This document shows positions 1 to 11,401 of a DNA stretch of 64,000 bases, one piece after another; position 1 is the first letter of the stretch, and every line of letters starts with the position of its first letter. The notes below the pieces were generated by a model. That model did no database searches. It had not been told where the DNA came from and was given only the letters and a program-made list of their open reading frames with translations. The position numbers were made by a program, and so were the translations under genes. Origin of the DNA: Eledone cirrhosa (lineage: Eukaryota); the NCBI GenBank assembly GCA_964016885.1, contig OZ024742.1:351106001-351170000 (forward strand), written 5' to 3'.

Positions 1-264
1 AGTAAATTCAGCCTTATAAGACCGTAAAATTAATTTAAACGTTTAATAGGGAAAGTTTGCTAACCGTCGTAATAAAAAAATAAATATCAATAACTTACGA
101 AGTAATGAACTCGCCGAACTTTTAAAGCGTTGTAGCATACAAAGGCAGTACAGTGCAAATGAAGCTATTAAACAAACTGGAGATTCCAATTCACTCTACT
201 AAAGATTTACTTAATCGTCTGCACATTCGCTAATCGTCTGCTCATTCCATAAAAGGGAAATAAT

Positions 265-396
265 CGCCTATATCACCTCTCTGCATGACTGTCTGTCTGC
301 ACGCCTATATCACCTCTCTGCATGACTGTCTGTCTGCACGCCTATATCACCTCTCTGCACGACTGTCTGTCTGCACGACTGTCTGTCTGCACGCCT
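265..396. repeat. 37-bp tandem repeat, about 3.5 copies
   Basis: CGCCTATATCACCTCTCTGCATGACTGTCTGTCTGCA starts at 265, 302 and 339, followed by a partial unit. Confidence 0.9.
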
Positions 397-685
397 AACG
401 AAATTTACAGATACATATATTTTAAATAAACTTATATAATTTTTGCTTTTTTTTACGAAATATTTGCTTGTTTTACGTAGTCTTTAAATAGACTTGTTTT
501 CAAGTAAAAATATTGTTTTAAAGGGCTTTTAAATGGAAATGAAGCAAAACGGAAGCTTAGTGTTCGAACTGATGAATTTTGCAGGTCAAAATTTTGCTGG
601 CTCGACAACTGTTCGTGTATTGTGTTAATGTCATTTTAAACGCTGAGAAAGCCAGCGTAATTTTTTTAATTTTTGCCAGCGTAAT

Positions 686-842
686 TTTTTTAATTTTTGC
701 ACGCAGAAAATGTAAACAGAACGTAAGACGCTACGCTGAATGTAAACAGAACAAAGGGAAATCATTTTTTTAATTTTTGCACGCAGAAAATGTAAAGAGA
801 ACGTAAGACGCTACGCTGAATGTAAACAGAACAAAGGGAAAT
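686..842. repeat. 80-bp direct tandem duplication
   Basis: ACGCAGAAAATGTAAA.AGAACGTAAGACGCTACGCTGAATGTAAACAGAACAAAGGGAAA occurs at 701 and 781. Confidence 0.9.
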
Positions 843-849
843 AACTGAT

Positions 850-1051
850 CACTTACGCTCAAAAATCGATACATTATATTCGATTTCGTCAGATAGGGCG
901 GGTCAATTTGAAATATCTTTTTCCGATGTCTTCGCTAGGGCTCAATGTACAAGTATAGCAATTTCGGTGCAATTCCGTGAGAGATTCTAAGAGGAGATGT
1001 GTGCCAAAAATCGATAGACAGACAGACAACCTCAGTTTTATATATATAGAT
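850..1051 (+). mobile_element. Possible terminus of a non-autonomous Helitron-like (Lep1/HINE-type) element
   Basis: The end pattern AATTTCGGTGCAATTCCGTGAG…(GACA)n…TTTTATATATATAGAT recalls Lep1/DINE-type ends. Upstream short tandem repeats fit this too. Recognised by pattern only. Confidence 0.3.
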
Positions 1052-1171
1052 TATATAGCTCTGATATAGAGTCAATCTAATTCATTCAGATTATTTTGTC
1101 CTTATTAATCAATGAGCAACAACGGCTAAGGTTGGCACCACACAAATTCAGCGATATATGTGTGTATATGC

Positions 1172-1237
<66 letters not shown>

Positions 1238-1691
1238 ATGGGTGTGTGTATATATATGTATGGGTGTGTGTATATATGTATAGGTGTGTGTTTGTGTATG
1301 TATTTGTGTATGTGTACGTATGTGTTTATGTATTTCTATATGTATATTTATGTGTGTGAGTGTGTGTATGTATTTACTTTTTCGTACGTATGTGTACGTG
1401 CATTTGTGTGTATTGCTTACCACGCGTCTCTGTTCATCTACTCGTCGCCTGTATCGCTGTCAACTGTATAATAGTCTTTATTATTATATTTTTTATATAT
1501 ATTATTTCTTATATTTATTAGTGTGTGTGAATATGAAGAGGTGTGTCATTTTTTTCTAATTTTTGTACATGCATATGTACGCATTTATGTATGCGTATGT
1601 ATGTTCGTGTGTATATAGGTATTATCGTGTGCATGTATGTATGTATGTATATGTATGTGTGTATGGCTATGTATGTGTATGTGTATGCATG

Positions 1692-1726
<35 letters not shown>

Positions 1727-1905
1727 TTCTATTTCTATATATATATGTGTGTATATATGTATGTGTGGTTGTATATGTGTATGTGTATGTATAGATGTAT
1801 TGATATTTATGTGCGTATGTATGTATGTATGTGTATGTGTGTATTTATATACACATATATATGTGTATATGTGTGTGTGTATGTATGAGTGTATGTATAT
1901 ATATG

Positions 1906-2491
1906 TCAGGTCACCAGTTGGTGCTACTGGTAACATGTATCCCAGTACAACCTGGCTCATGGTCGGGTCGTTGGCGACTAAACTGGCAACCCCACCAAGG
2001 TTTCTTGGTGAGGAGGGTGACTTTGGACATCCTGCAGGACTAAAAACAAAACCTGTCAAAGGGCAAAGGAGCTCTTAAGAGTCAATGGCCATCCAAAATC
2101 ACCGGGAGAGATGACCCCTTAGCCTTTGTCAAGGCAGAATTCTAGGAGAAGGAAAACTCTGATATAACACCTGCAACCCTGATGGTATCCAATGATGTTG
2201 ACTTGTTCTTCTTTTTGATAAATATCATCTTGGTTAAGAGAGTGGGCTGGCTTTGTGCAGTGCCTTTGCTCACTATAAAAGCTTCACGGCACAGGCATTG
2301 CTTCATATCTGGAGATCTCTCTGCACTTGCCCAGCACTGTGTGTCAATAATTGTCACAGGTGTAGTGTTTGTACCAGAGTTTTCAAGTCGCTGGCTGGAC
2401 TAAAAAGTCACACTCGTTCAGCGCATCGGTAGGCGTTCTCCTACATGGATATAAAGTAGTGGCCGTACTCGAAAACGAGTTGGCAGTCACC
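1906..2491 (+). mobile_element. Internally deleted RTE-clade LINE derivative (5'UTR-like part fused to the C-terminal zinc finger and 3' end)
   Basis: It contains the 5'UTR-type motif TCTAGGAGAAGGAAAACTCTGATA. Positions 2361-2432 translate to CSVCTRVFKSLAGLKSHTRSAHR*, a C2H2 end typical of RTE ORFs. There is a 3' hairpin ACTCG-AAAA-CGAGT, and ATGTATATATATAT flanks both sides. Confidence 0.6.
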
Positions 2492-2527
<36 letters not shown>

Positions 2528-2682
2528 ATGTATGCTTTTGTGTTTGTGTGTGTTTTTGTGTGTGTGTTTGCATGTGTGGTTTTATTTTATTTTTCCTTTC
2601 CTTCTTCTTTCTCCAGCCTTACTTTCATATAGATTGCATTTTTGTTTTTAAAATCCAAATTCAATAAACAGAGCAGGATTTT

Positions 2683-2740
2683 TTCATTCTGAGGATTGAA
2701 AGCAACATTTTTTGCTTTTAAGAAACTACTGGTAAATGGA
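2683..2740 (+). ncRNA. Type I hammerhead ribozyme with canonical core
   Basis: Stem I TTCATT/AATGGA; core CTGAGGA; 10-bp stem II TTGAAAGCAA/TTGCTTTTAA; GAAA; short stem III CT-ACT-GG; GTA cleavage triplet. Confidence 0.72.
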
Positions 2741-2840
2741 ATAATTGCCTTATGTTGTTTATTACATAACTATTAAGCTCTGTTACCTACATAGTGCACT
2801 CTTTTTTCCTGGACATTTCCGACGGAATTACTTCATTCAC

Positions 2841-2894
<54 letters not shown>

Positions 2895-2899
<5 letters not shown>

Positions 2900-2971
2900 T
2901 AACAGTCTAAAGTTGTAGCAAATATTCGCTGCTTTCACCCTTAACGGGATCTTCTGAAACTCAGAAGATCC
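2895..2971 (-). mobile_element. Pseudo-LTR fragment of the CAGAAGA-HHR family with a short fold-back
   Basis: Matches 44185-44249 and 48666-48732, and ends in the hairpin GGGATCTTCTGA-AAC-TCAGAAGATCCC. Flanked by (TA)n. Confidence 0.75.
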
Positions 2972-2989
2972 CATTATTATTATTACTAT

Positions 2990-3091
<102 letters not shown>

Positions 3092-4077
3092 CGTCTGTGG
3101 GTCTGGGTGCTGGTGGATGTGTGCGTGCGTATATTGCATGTGTGTGTGTTTATGTGTGTGTGCGGTTGTGTTTATTTGTAAAAAGTAAACAGAAATAAAG
3201 CAAATGAAGCAGCATATTGAGGAAATATATTAGTTTAACGCTTGAAATATGAGAAAAAGCGTCTTAACATTTCGGAAACTAGTTTTTCCACAGACGATAG
3301 AGTTAGAATTAGAAGTTAAAATAGAAAGATTAAGCATGGTGGGGCGGGAATAGGGGGAACATGAGAAAAAAAAATAATGCGCGAAAAAACATTAAAAGTT
3401 AATTATGAAATTCACTATTGTAATGTACCTACTAAATCAGATAGTATAGCGTCAGGGAAATATAAACAAAATATGCCTTCAAATATTTGATGTCATAAGT
3501 AATTGCATAATGCTTTATCATGATATGTCACAGACGACATTGGATTAGGAGTGTTGAATATTTAGAAGAAACTATTTATAATTCTATGTATGTGTGTACT
3601 CACAGATAATGATTATTTTTTTTTTATAATCCAAATATAGGTTTTACAAGCTATAGTTTGCAGCGTGGCATCGTTCTCCAGGGGAACATTTTGATATTCA
3701 GAAACTGTTAAAAATAACATTAATGTCACAGAAATATTGAGTATTTTCAGTGAAGTAGAAATTCTGAGTGCAAAGAGTGTGCCAAGAACCTGCAACCTTT
3801 GTGAATTTGGTGGATATTGAAATGAGTCATGTGTGTATATGAGCGAAACTCTCGGTTGCACGGTAAATATATTTTTATGCGAATCGACAAGATCCAACTC
3901 GTAATTCGCTAACAGTGTGGGGTGAGAATCGTCAGAACCTAACAAGTAAACAATAGTTGCATTGGTCTCTCCAATTGCAAATACTACCTACCTGTTAAAA
4001 CTCCTGTCAGAGGCAGCCACTTGAAATATAGTGTCTTACCAATCGAACTATCTAACTACTAAAGCTCAAGCCATCAT

Positions 4078-4232
4078 GTTGGAATAGTCATAAAATAGCA
4101 CAGCATTGGAATAGCCTGTCATAAAATAGCACAACGCTGGAATAGCCTGTCATAAAATAGCACAACGTTGGAATAGCCTGTCGTAAAATAGCTCAACGTA
4201 GGAATAGCCTCTCATGAAATAGCACAAAAGTT
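4078..4232. repeat. 31-bp tandem repeat, about 5 copies
   Basis: TTGGAATAGCCTGTCATAAAATAGCACAACG; the GGAATAG core recurs at 4108, 4139, 4170 and 4201. Confidence 0.9.
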
Positions 4233-4369
4233 GATGGAGATGACAAGATTAATATTACGTATAATATGTCGTACAGCATTGTATCAATGTGATTGCAAAG
4301 TCCAGAATACCAGGAATAAGAAAGGAAATAAATCAATGATATTCCACAAATACGGTGACAATTACCGTT

Positions 4370-4530
4370 TTCCAGCCGCAGGCGTGAGCCCCGCAAGTCG
4401 GAATGGCTCTTCCAGCGCGTCTCCCTTGCCGTCCTCCGGGGAAACGCCTTCTCTATTCTGTCCACCGGGGATGTTGGAAGGCCACCGATATGATTAAATG
4501 ACTCCCCATTTCATCAGTCAGATATTTGCT
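4370..4530 (+). mobile_element. 3' fragment of a CRE-like non-LTR retrotransposon (end of the RLE domain)
   Basis: Translates to SEWLFQRVSLAVLRGNAFSILS and is paralogous to 38660-38790. Confidence 0.7.
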
Positions 4531-4619
4531 TAGGACTTTCATCCTTCGTATTCCATTATGCTTCAATAATTCCAGATGATGCTCAAACTATTTAACGAAT
4601 ATTTTCTAACGAGGTTATA

Positions 4620-4975
4620 TTATGTCAAATACGAGGTCGATAAAAAAGTACCAGTAATGTACAGAGTAATTGCTGGCCTTGTGCCAACATTAGAAACAAT
4701 TATTACTAATATTCTTAATACACTGGGTAATTGCTAGCCTTGTGCCAACAGTAGAAACAATTATGTCAAATACGAGGGCGGTGGATTGCCAGTATCGGTA
4801 GAGGGTTTGACGCCATGCTTTCCAGCATAGTTACGTCCCTTTATGATCTGAGTTCAAATCCCGCCGAGGTTGACATTGCCTTTCATCCTTACGGGGTCGA
4901 TAAAATAAAGTACCAGTAATGCACTGGGTAATTGTTGGCCTTGTGCCTAAAGTAGAAACAATTATGTCAAATACG
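4620..4975 (+). mobile_element. tRNA-derived SINE cluster: full copy at 4775-4961 plus truncated 3' pieces
   Basis: A-box-like TTGCCAGTATCGG and B-box GAGTTCAAATCC. TTATGTCAAATACG occurs at 4620, 4761 and 4962 and looks like a target-site duplication. Confidence 0.8.
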
Positions 4976-5003
4976 TCATAACACGTAAATTTAATGTTGG
5001 TTT

Positions 5004-8000
5004 ATGCAGGGAGTAACGTTGACCCATGCAGGGAGTAACGTTGACCCATGCAGGGAGTAACGTTGACCAATGCAGGGAGTAATGTTGACCCATGCAGGGA
5101 GTAACGGTGACGTATGCAGGGAGTAAGGTTGACCTATGCAGGGAGTAACGTTGACTTATGCTGGGAGTAACGTTGACATATGCAGGGAGTAACGTTGATC
5201 TATGCGGGGAGTAACGTTGAACCATGAAGGGAGTAACGTTGACCATGGAGAGAGTAACGTTGAACCATGCAGGGAGTAATGTTGCCATAAGCAGGGAGTA
5301 ACGTTGACCCATGCAGGGAGTAATGTTGCCATAAGCAGGGAGTAACGTTGACCCATGCAGGGAGTAACGGTGACTTATGCACGGAGTAACGTTGACCTAT
5401 GTAGGGAGTAACGTTGACTTATGCAGGGAGTAACGTTGACCTATGCAGTGAGTAACGTTGACCCATGCAGGGAATAACGTTGATCCATGCAGGGAGTAAC
5501 GTTGACCCATGCAGGTAGTACCATCTACCTATGCATGGAGTAACGTTGACCTATGCAGGGAGTAACGTTGACCTATGCAGGGAGTAACGTTGATCTATGC
5601 GGAGAGTAACGCCGATCCATGATGGGAGTAATGTTGATCTATGCAGGGAGTAACGTTGATCTATGCAGGGAGTAACGTTGACCCATGCAGGGAGTAACGT
5701 TGACTTATGCAGGGAGTAACGTTGACCCAAGCAGGTAGTAACCTCTACCTATTCAGGGATTAACATTGACCCATGCAGGGTGCAATGCTGACTTATGCAG
5801 GGAGTAACGTTGACCTATGCAGGGAGTAACGTTGACCTATGCAGGGAGTAACGTTAATCTATGCAGGGAGTAACGTTGATCTATGCAGGGAGTAACGTTG
5901 ACCCATGCAGGGTGCAATGCTAACTTATGCAGGGAGTAACGTTGACCTATGCAGGGAGTAACGTTGACCTATGCAGGGTGCAATGCTAACTTATGCAGGG
6001 AGTAACGTTGATCTATGCAGGGAGTAACGTTAATCTATGCAGGGAGTAACGTTGATCTATGCAGGGAGTAACGTTGACCTATGCAGGGAGTAACGTTGAA
6101 CCATCCATGGAGTAACGTTGACCTATGCATGGAATAACGATGCCCATGCAGGGAGTAACGTTGACCTATGCACGGAGTAACGTTGACCTATGCAGGGAGT
6201 AACGTTGATCTATGCAGGGAGTAACGTTGATCTATGCAGGGAGTAACGTTGATCTATGCAGGGAGTAACGTTGATCTATGCAGGGAGTAACGTTGACCCA
6301 TGCAGGGAGTAACGTTGACTTATGCAGGGAGTAACGTTGACCCAAGCAGGTAGTAACCTCTACCTATTCAGGGATTAACATTGACCCATGCAGGGTGCAA
6401 TGCTGACTTATGCAGGGAGTAACGTTGACCTATGCAGGGAGTAACGTTGACCTATGCAGGGAGTAACGTTAATCTATGCAGGGAGTAACGTTGATCTATG
6501 CAGGGAGTAACGTTGACCCATGCAGTGTGCAATGCTAACTTATGCAGGGAGTAACGTTGACCTATGCAGGGAGTAACGTTGACCTATGCAGGGTGCACTG
6601 CTAACTTATGCAGGGAGTAACGTTGATCTATGCAGGGAGTAACGTTAATCTATGCAGGGAGTAACGTTGATCTATGCAGGGAGTAACGTTGACCTATGTA
6701 GGGAGTAACGTTGACCCATGCAGGGAGTAACGTTGACCTATGCAGGGAGTAACGTTGATCTATGCAGGGAGTAACGTTGATCTATGCAGGGAGTAACGTT
6801 AATCTATGCAGGGAGTAACGTTGATCTATGCAGGGAGTAACGTTGACCTATGTAGGGAGTAACGTTGACCCATGCAGGGAGTAACGTTGACCTATGCAGG
6901 GAGTAACGTTGATCTATGCAGGGAGTAACGTTGATCTATGCAGGGAGTAACGTTGACCTATGCAGTGAGTAACGTTGATCTATGCAGGGAGTAACGTTGA
7001 CCTATGCAGGGAGTAACGTTGATCTATGCAGGGAGTAACGTTGACCTATGCAGGGAGTAACGTTGACATATGCAGGGAGTAACGTTGACCCATGCAGGGA
7101 GTAACGTTGACCTATGCAGGGAGCAATGTTGATCCATTCAGGGAGTAACGTTGACCTATGCAGGGAGTAACGTTGACCTATGCAGGGAGTAACGTTAATC
7201 TATGCAGGGAGTAACGTTGATCTATGCAGGGAGTAACGTTGACCCATGCAGTGTGCAATGCTAACTTATGCAGGGAGTAACGTTGACCTATGCAGGGAGT
7301 AACGTTGACCTATGCAGGGTGCAATGCTAACTTATGCAGGGAGTAACGTTGATCTATGCAGGGAGTAACGTTAATCTATGCAGGGAGTAACGTTGATCTA
7401 TGCAGGGAGTAACGTTGACCTATGTAGGGAGTAACGTTGACCCATGCAGGGAGTAACGTTGACCTATGCAGGGAGTAACGTTGATCTATGCAGGGAGTAA
7501 CGTTGATCTATGCAGGGAGTAACGTTAATCTATGCAGGGAGTAACGTTGATCTATGCAGGGAGTAACGTTGACCTATGTAGGGAGTAACGTTGACCCATG
7601 CAGGGAGTAACGTTGACCTATGCAGGGAGTAACGTTGATCTATGCAGGGAGTAACGTTGATCAATGCAGGGAGTAACGTTGACCTATGCAGTGAGTAACG
7701 TTGATCTATGCAGGGAGTAACGTTGACCTATGCAGGGAGTAACGTTGATCTATGCAGGGAGTAACGTTGACCTATGCAGGGAGTAACGTTGACATATGCA
7801 GGGAGTAACGTTGACCCATGCAGGGAGTAACGTTGACCTATGCAGGGAGCAATGTTGATCCATTCAGGGAGTAACGTTGACCTATGCAGGGAGCAACGTT
7901 GATCTATCCAGGGAGTAACGTTGACCCATGCAGGGAGTAACGTTGACCTATGCAGGGAGTAACGTTGATCTATGCAGGGAGTAACGTTGACCTATGCAGG

Positions 8001-10455
8001 GAGTAACGTTGATCTATGCAGGGAGTAACGTTGATCTATGCAGGGAGTAACGTTGACTTATGCAGGGAGTAACGTTGATCTATGCAGGGAGTAACGTTGA
8101 CCCATGCAGGGAGTAACGTTGATCTATGCAGGGAGTAACGTTGACCCATGCAGGGAGTAACGTTGACCCATGCAGGGAGTAACGTTGACCCATGCAGGGA
8201 GTAACGTTGATCTATGCAGGGAGTAACGTTGACCCATGCAGGGAGTAACGTTGACCTATGCAGGGAGTAACGTTGATCTATGCAGGGAGTAACGTTGATC
8301 TATGAGGGAGTAACGTTGATCTATGCAGGAAGTAACGTTGATCTATGCAGGGAGTAACGTTGACCTATGCAGGGAGTAACGTTGATCTATGCAGGGAGTA
8401 ACGTTGACCCATGCAGGGAGTAATGTTGATCTATGCAGGAAGTAACGTTGATCTATGCAGGGAGTAACGTTGATCTATGCAGGGAGTAACGTTGACCTAT
8501 GCAGGGAGTAACGTTGATCTATGCAGGGCGTAACGTTGATCTATGCAGGGAGTAACGTTGACCCATGCAGGGAGTAACGTTGATCTATGCAGGGAGTAAC
8601 GTTGACCCATGCAGGGAGTAACGTTGACCTATGCAGGGAGTAACGTTGATCTATGCAGGGAGTAACGTTGATCTATGCAGGGAGTAACGTTGATCTATGC
8701 AGGAAGTAACGTTGATCTATGCAGGGAGTAACGGTGACCTATGCAGGGAGTAACGTTGATCTATGCAGGGAGTAACGTTGATCTATGCAGGGAGTAACGT
8801 TGACCGATGCAGGGAGTAACGTTGATCTATGCAGGGAGTAACGTTGACCCATGCAGGGAGTAACGTTGACCTATGCAGGGAGTAACGTTGATCTATGCAG
8901 GGAGTAACGTTGACCTATGCAGGGAGTAACGTTGATCTATGCAGGGCGTAACGATGACTTATGCAGGGAGTAACGTTGACCCATGCAGGGAGTAACGTTG
9001 ACCTATGCAGGGAGCAATGTTGATCCATTCAGGGAGTAACGTTGACCTATGCAGGGAGCAACGTTGATCTATGCAGGGAGTAACGTTGACCCATGCAGGG
9101 AGCAACGTTGATCTATGCAGGGAGCAATGTTGATCCATTCAGGGAGTAACGTTGATCTATGCAGGGAGCAACGTTGACCTATGCAGGGAGTAACGTTGAC
9201 CTATGCAGGGAGTAACGTTGACCTATGCAGGGAGCTAATGTTGTCCCATGTAGGGAGCAACGTTGACCTATGCAGGGATACATGTTAACATATGCAGGGA
9301 GTAACGTTGAACCAAGCAGCGAGTAACGTTGACCTATGCAGGGTGTAATGTTGACAAGTGCAGGGAGTAACGTTGACCTATGCAGGGAGTAACTTGACCT
9401 ATGCAGGGAGTAATGTTGACCCATGCAGCGAGTAAGGTTGACCTATGCAGGGAGTAACGTTGACGTATGTTGGGAGTAATGTTGCCCTATGCAGGGAGTA
9501 ACGTTGACCTATGCAGGGAGTAACGTTGACGTATGTTGGGAGTAATGTTCACCTATGTAGGGAGTAACGTTGACCTATGCAGGGAGTAGCGTTGACCTCT
9601 GCAGGGAGTAATGTTGACCTATGCAGGGAGTAACGTTGACCCATGCAAGGAGTAACGTTGAGCTATGCAGGGAGTAATGTAGACCCATGCAGGGAGCAAC
9701 GTTAACCTATCCAGGGAGTAATGTTGACCTATGCAGGGAGTAATGTTGACCCATGCTGGGAGTAATGTTCACCTGTGCTTGTAGTAATGTTGACCCATGC
9801 TGGGAGTAATGTTGACCTATGTTTGTAGTAATGTTGACCCATGCTGGGAGTAATGTTGACTTGTGCTTGTAGTAATGTTGTACCATGCAGGGAGTAATTT
9901 TGACCTGTGCTTGTAGTAATGTTGACCCATGCTGGGAGTAATGTTTACCTGTGCTTGTAGTAGCAGGTAGTAATGTTGACATGTGCTTGTAGTAATGTTG
10001 ACCCATGCTGGGAGTAATGTTGACCTGTGCTTGTAGTAATGTTGACCCATGCTGGGAGTAATGTTGACCTGTGCTTGTAGTAATGTTGACCCATGCTGGG
10101 AGTAATGTTGACCTGTGCTTGTAGTAATGTTGACCCATGCTGGTAGTAATGTTGACTTGTGCTTGTAGTAATGTTGTACCATGCAGGGAGTAATGTTGAC
10201 CTGTGCTTGTAGTAATGTTGACCCATGCTGGTAGTAATGTTTACCTGTGCTTGTAGTAATGTTGACCCATGCTGGGAGTAATGTTGACCTGTGCTTGTAG
10301 TAATGATGACCCATGCATGGAGTAATGTTGACTCCTGCAGTGAGTAGTGTTGACACATGCAGGAAATAGTGTTGACCTATTCAGGGAGTAATGTTGACCC
10401 ATGCAAGGAGTAATGTTGACCCATACAGGGGTAATGTTGACCCATGCAGCGAGTA
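5004..10455. repeat. 22-bp minisatellite of about 250 units, ending in a 43-bp dimeric variant
   Basis: Unit ATGCAGGGAGTAACGTTGACC(T/C). From about 9750 to 10320 a 22-mer alternates with the 21-mer TGTGCTTGTAGTAATGTTGAC. Confidence 0.97.
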
Positions 10456-10519
10456 CATGTGATTTTGAAATGCTATAGTCCTTAAACATCTGGAGTCCAT
10501 ACGAGGTATCAGTATAATA

Positions 10520-10985
10520 TTGGAGAGAATGTGGTACTCCTTACATGTAACATTACATGGAGAGTATGGTACTCCTTACATGTAGCACTACATGGAGAGA
10601 ATGCGGTACTCCTTACCCTTGATACTACCTGGAGAATGTGTTGTACACATTACATGTAACACTACATGGATAGATTGTGGTACTCCATACATGTAACATT
10701 ACATGGAGAGTGATTGATACTACATACATGTAGCACTACATGGAGAGTGATTGCTACTACCTACATGTAGCAGTACGTGGCGAATGTGCGGTACTTCTTA
10801 CATGTATCACTATATGGGGAGTGTGTGGTACTCCTACATGGAGAGTATGTGTTACTCTTACATGTAACACTACACGAAGAGAGTCTGGTACTCCTGACAT
10901 GTAACACTACATGAATTATGCCTGGTACTCCTGACATGTAACACTACATGAAGAGAATATGTAGTACTCATAACATGTAACACTG
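10520..10985. repeat. Diverged tandem repeat of about 36 bp
   Basis: Recurring TGGTACTCCTTACATGTAACACTACATGGAGAG, about 12 degenerate copies. Confidence 0.85.
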
Positions 10986-11214
10986 CGAATGTAAGACAAA
11001 ATAAATGAATGTTTATTAAGTGTAGCCTATTCCGGCAAAAATACATGATTGACAGCAAGATAAAGGAATATATCGTTTCGAAGTTATGACAACTGCTAAA
11101 GGGTAGATAATTCATATCTAATGTCTTTTGGACTCTCTCTAGTCAAACGTATTTACTTGCAAATCAATTCCAAGATTTATAACGGGTACACAAGTCATTA
11201 GACACCTACATTAT

Positions 11215-11400
11215 TTTTGGCAGAATCGGTAGAGCGTTGGACACCGTGCTTTGTAGCATAGTGTTATGGCCTTGTAACTAGCATTATTATAAACATTGGT
11301 ATGAATTCAAATCCTGCCGAGGTTAATTTTGCTTTTCATCCTTACAGGCTCGTTAAAATAAAGTACCAGTAATACACTGCAATAATTGGTGGCCTTGTGC
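11215..11400 (+). mobile_element. tRNA-derived SINE, 3'-truncated at the PLE junction
   Basis: TGGCAGAATCGGTAGAG…AATTCAAATCCTGCCGAGG…AAAATAAAGTACCAGT…GGCCTTGTGC, after which PLE sequence begins abruptly. Confidence 0.8.
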
Positions 11401-11401
11401 A

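Larger units (their letters stand above)
1240..2840 (+). mobile_element. Microsatellite-rich repeat unit ending in an HHR-bearing pseudo-LTR, with a second copy at about 25550-26805
   Basis: Unique anchors are shared with the 26 kb copy: TTTCGTACGTATGT.TACGTGCATTTGTGTGTATT..TTACCACGCGT (about 1380 vs 26209) and TTTTCCTTTCCTTCT…CTCCAGCCT.ACTTTCATAT (about 2590 vs 26764). The same HHR occurs at 2683 and 25567. Confidence 0.6.

Noticed and set aside
563-600. CTGATGA followed by a hairpin as a hammerhead
   Set aside because: There is no GAAA after the hairpin and no stem I partner.
1906-2200. HDV-like or twister ribozyme in the RTE 5'UTR
   Set aside because: This is expected by analogy, but I could not assign the required pseudoknot or core nucleotides by eye.
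3250-3300. Minus-strand HHR remnant CTGTGGA…GAAATGTTAAGACG
   Set aside because: The core and stem II are too degenerate to call.
5004-10455. CRISPR array or repeat-protein gene
   Set aside because: The units are contiguous with no unique spacers. The 22-bp period is not a multiple of 3, most of the array is closed in all frames, and the context is eukaryotic.
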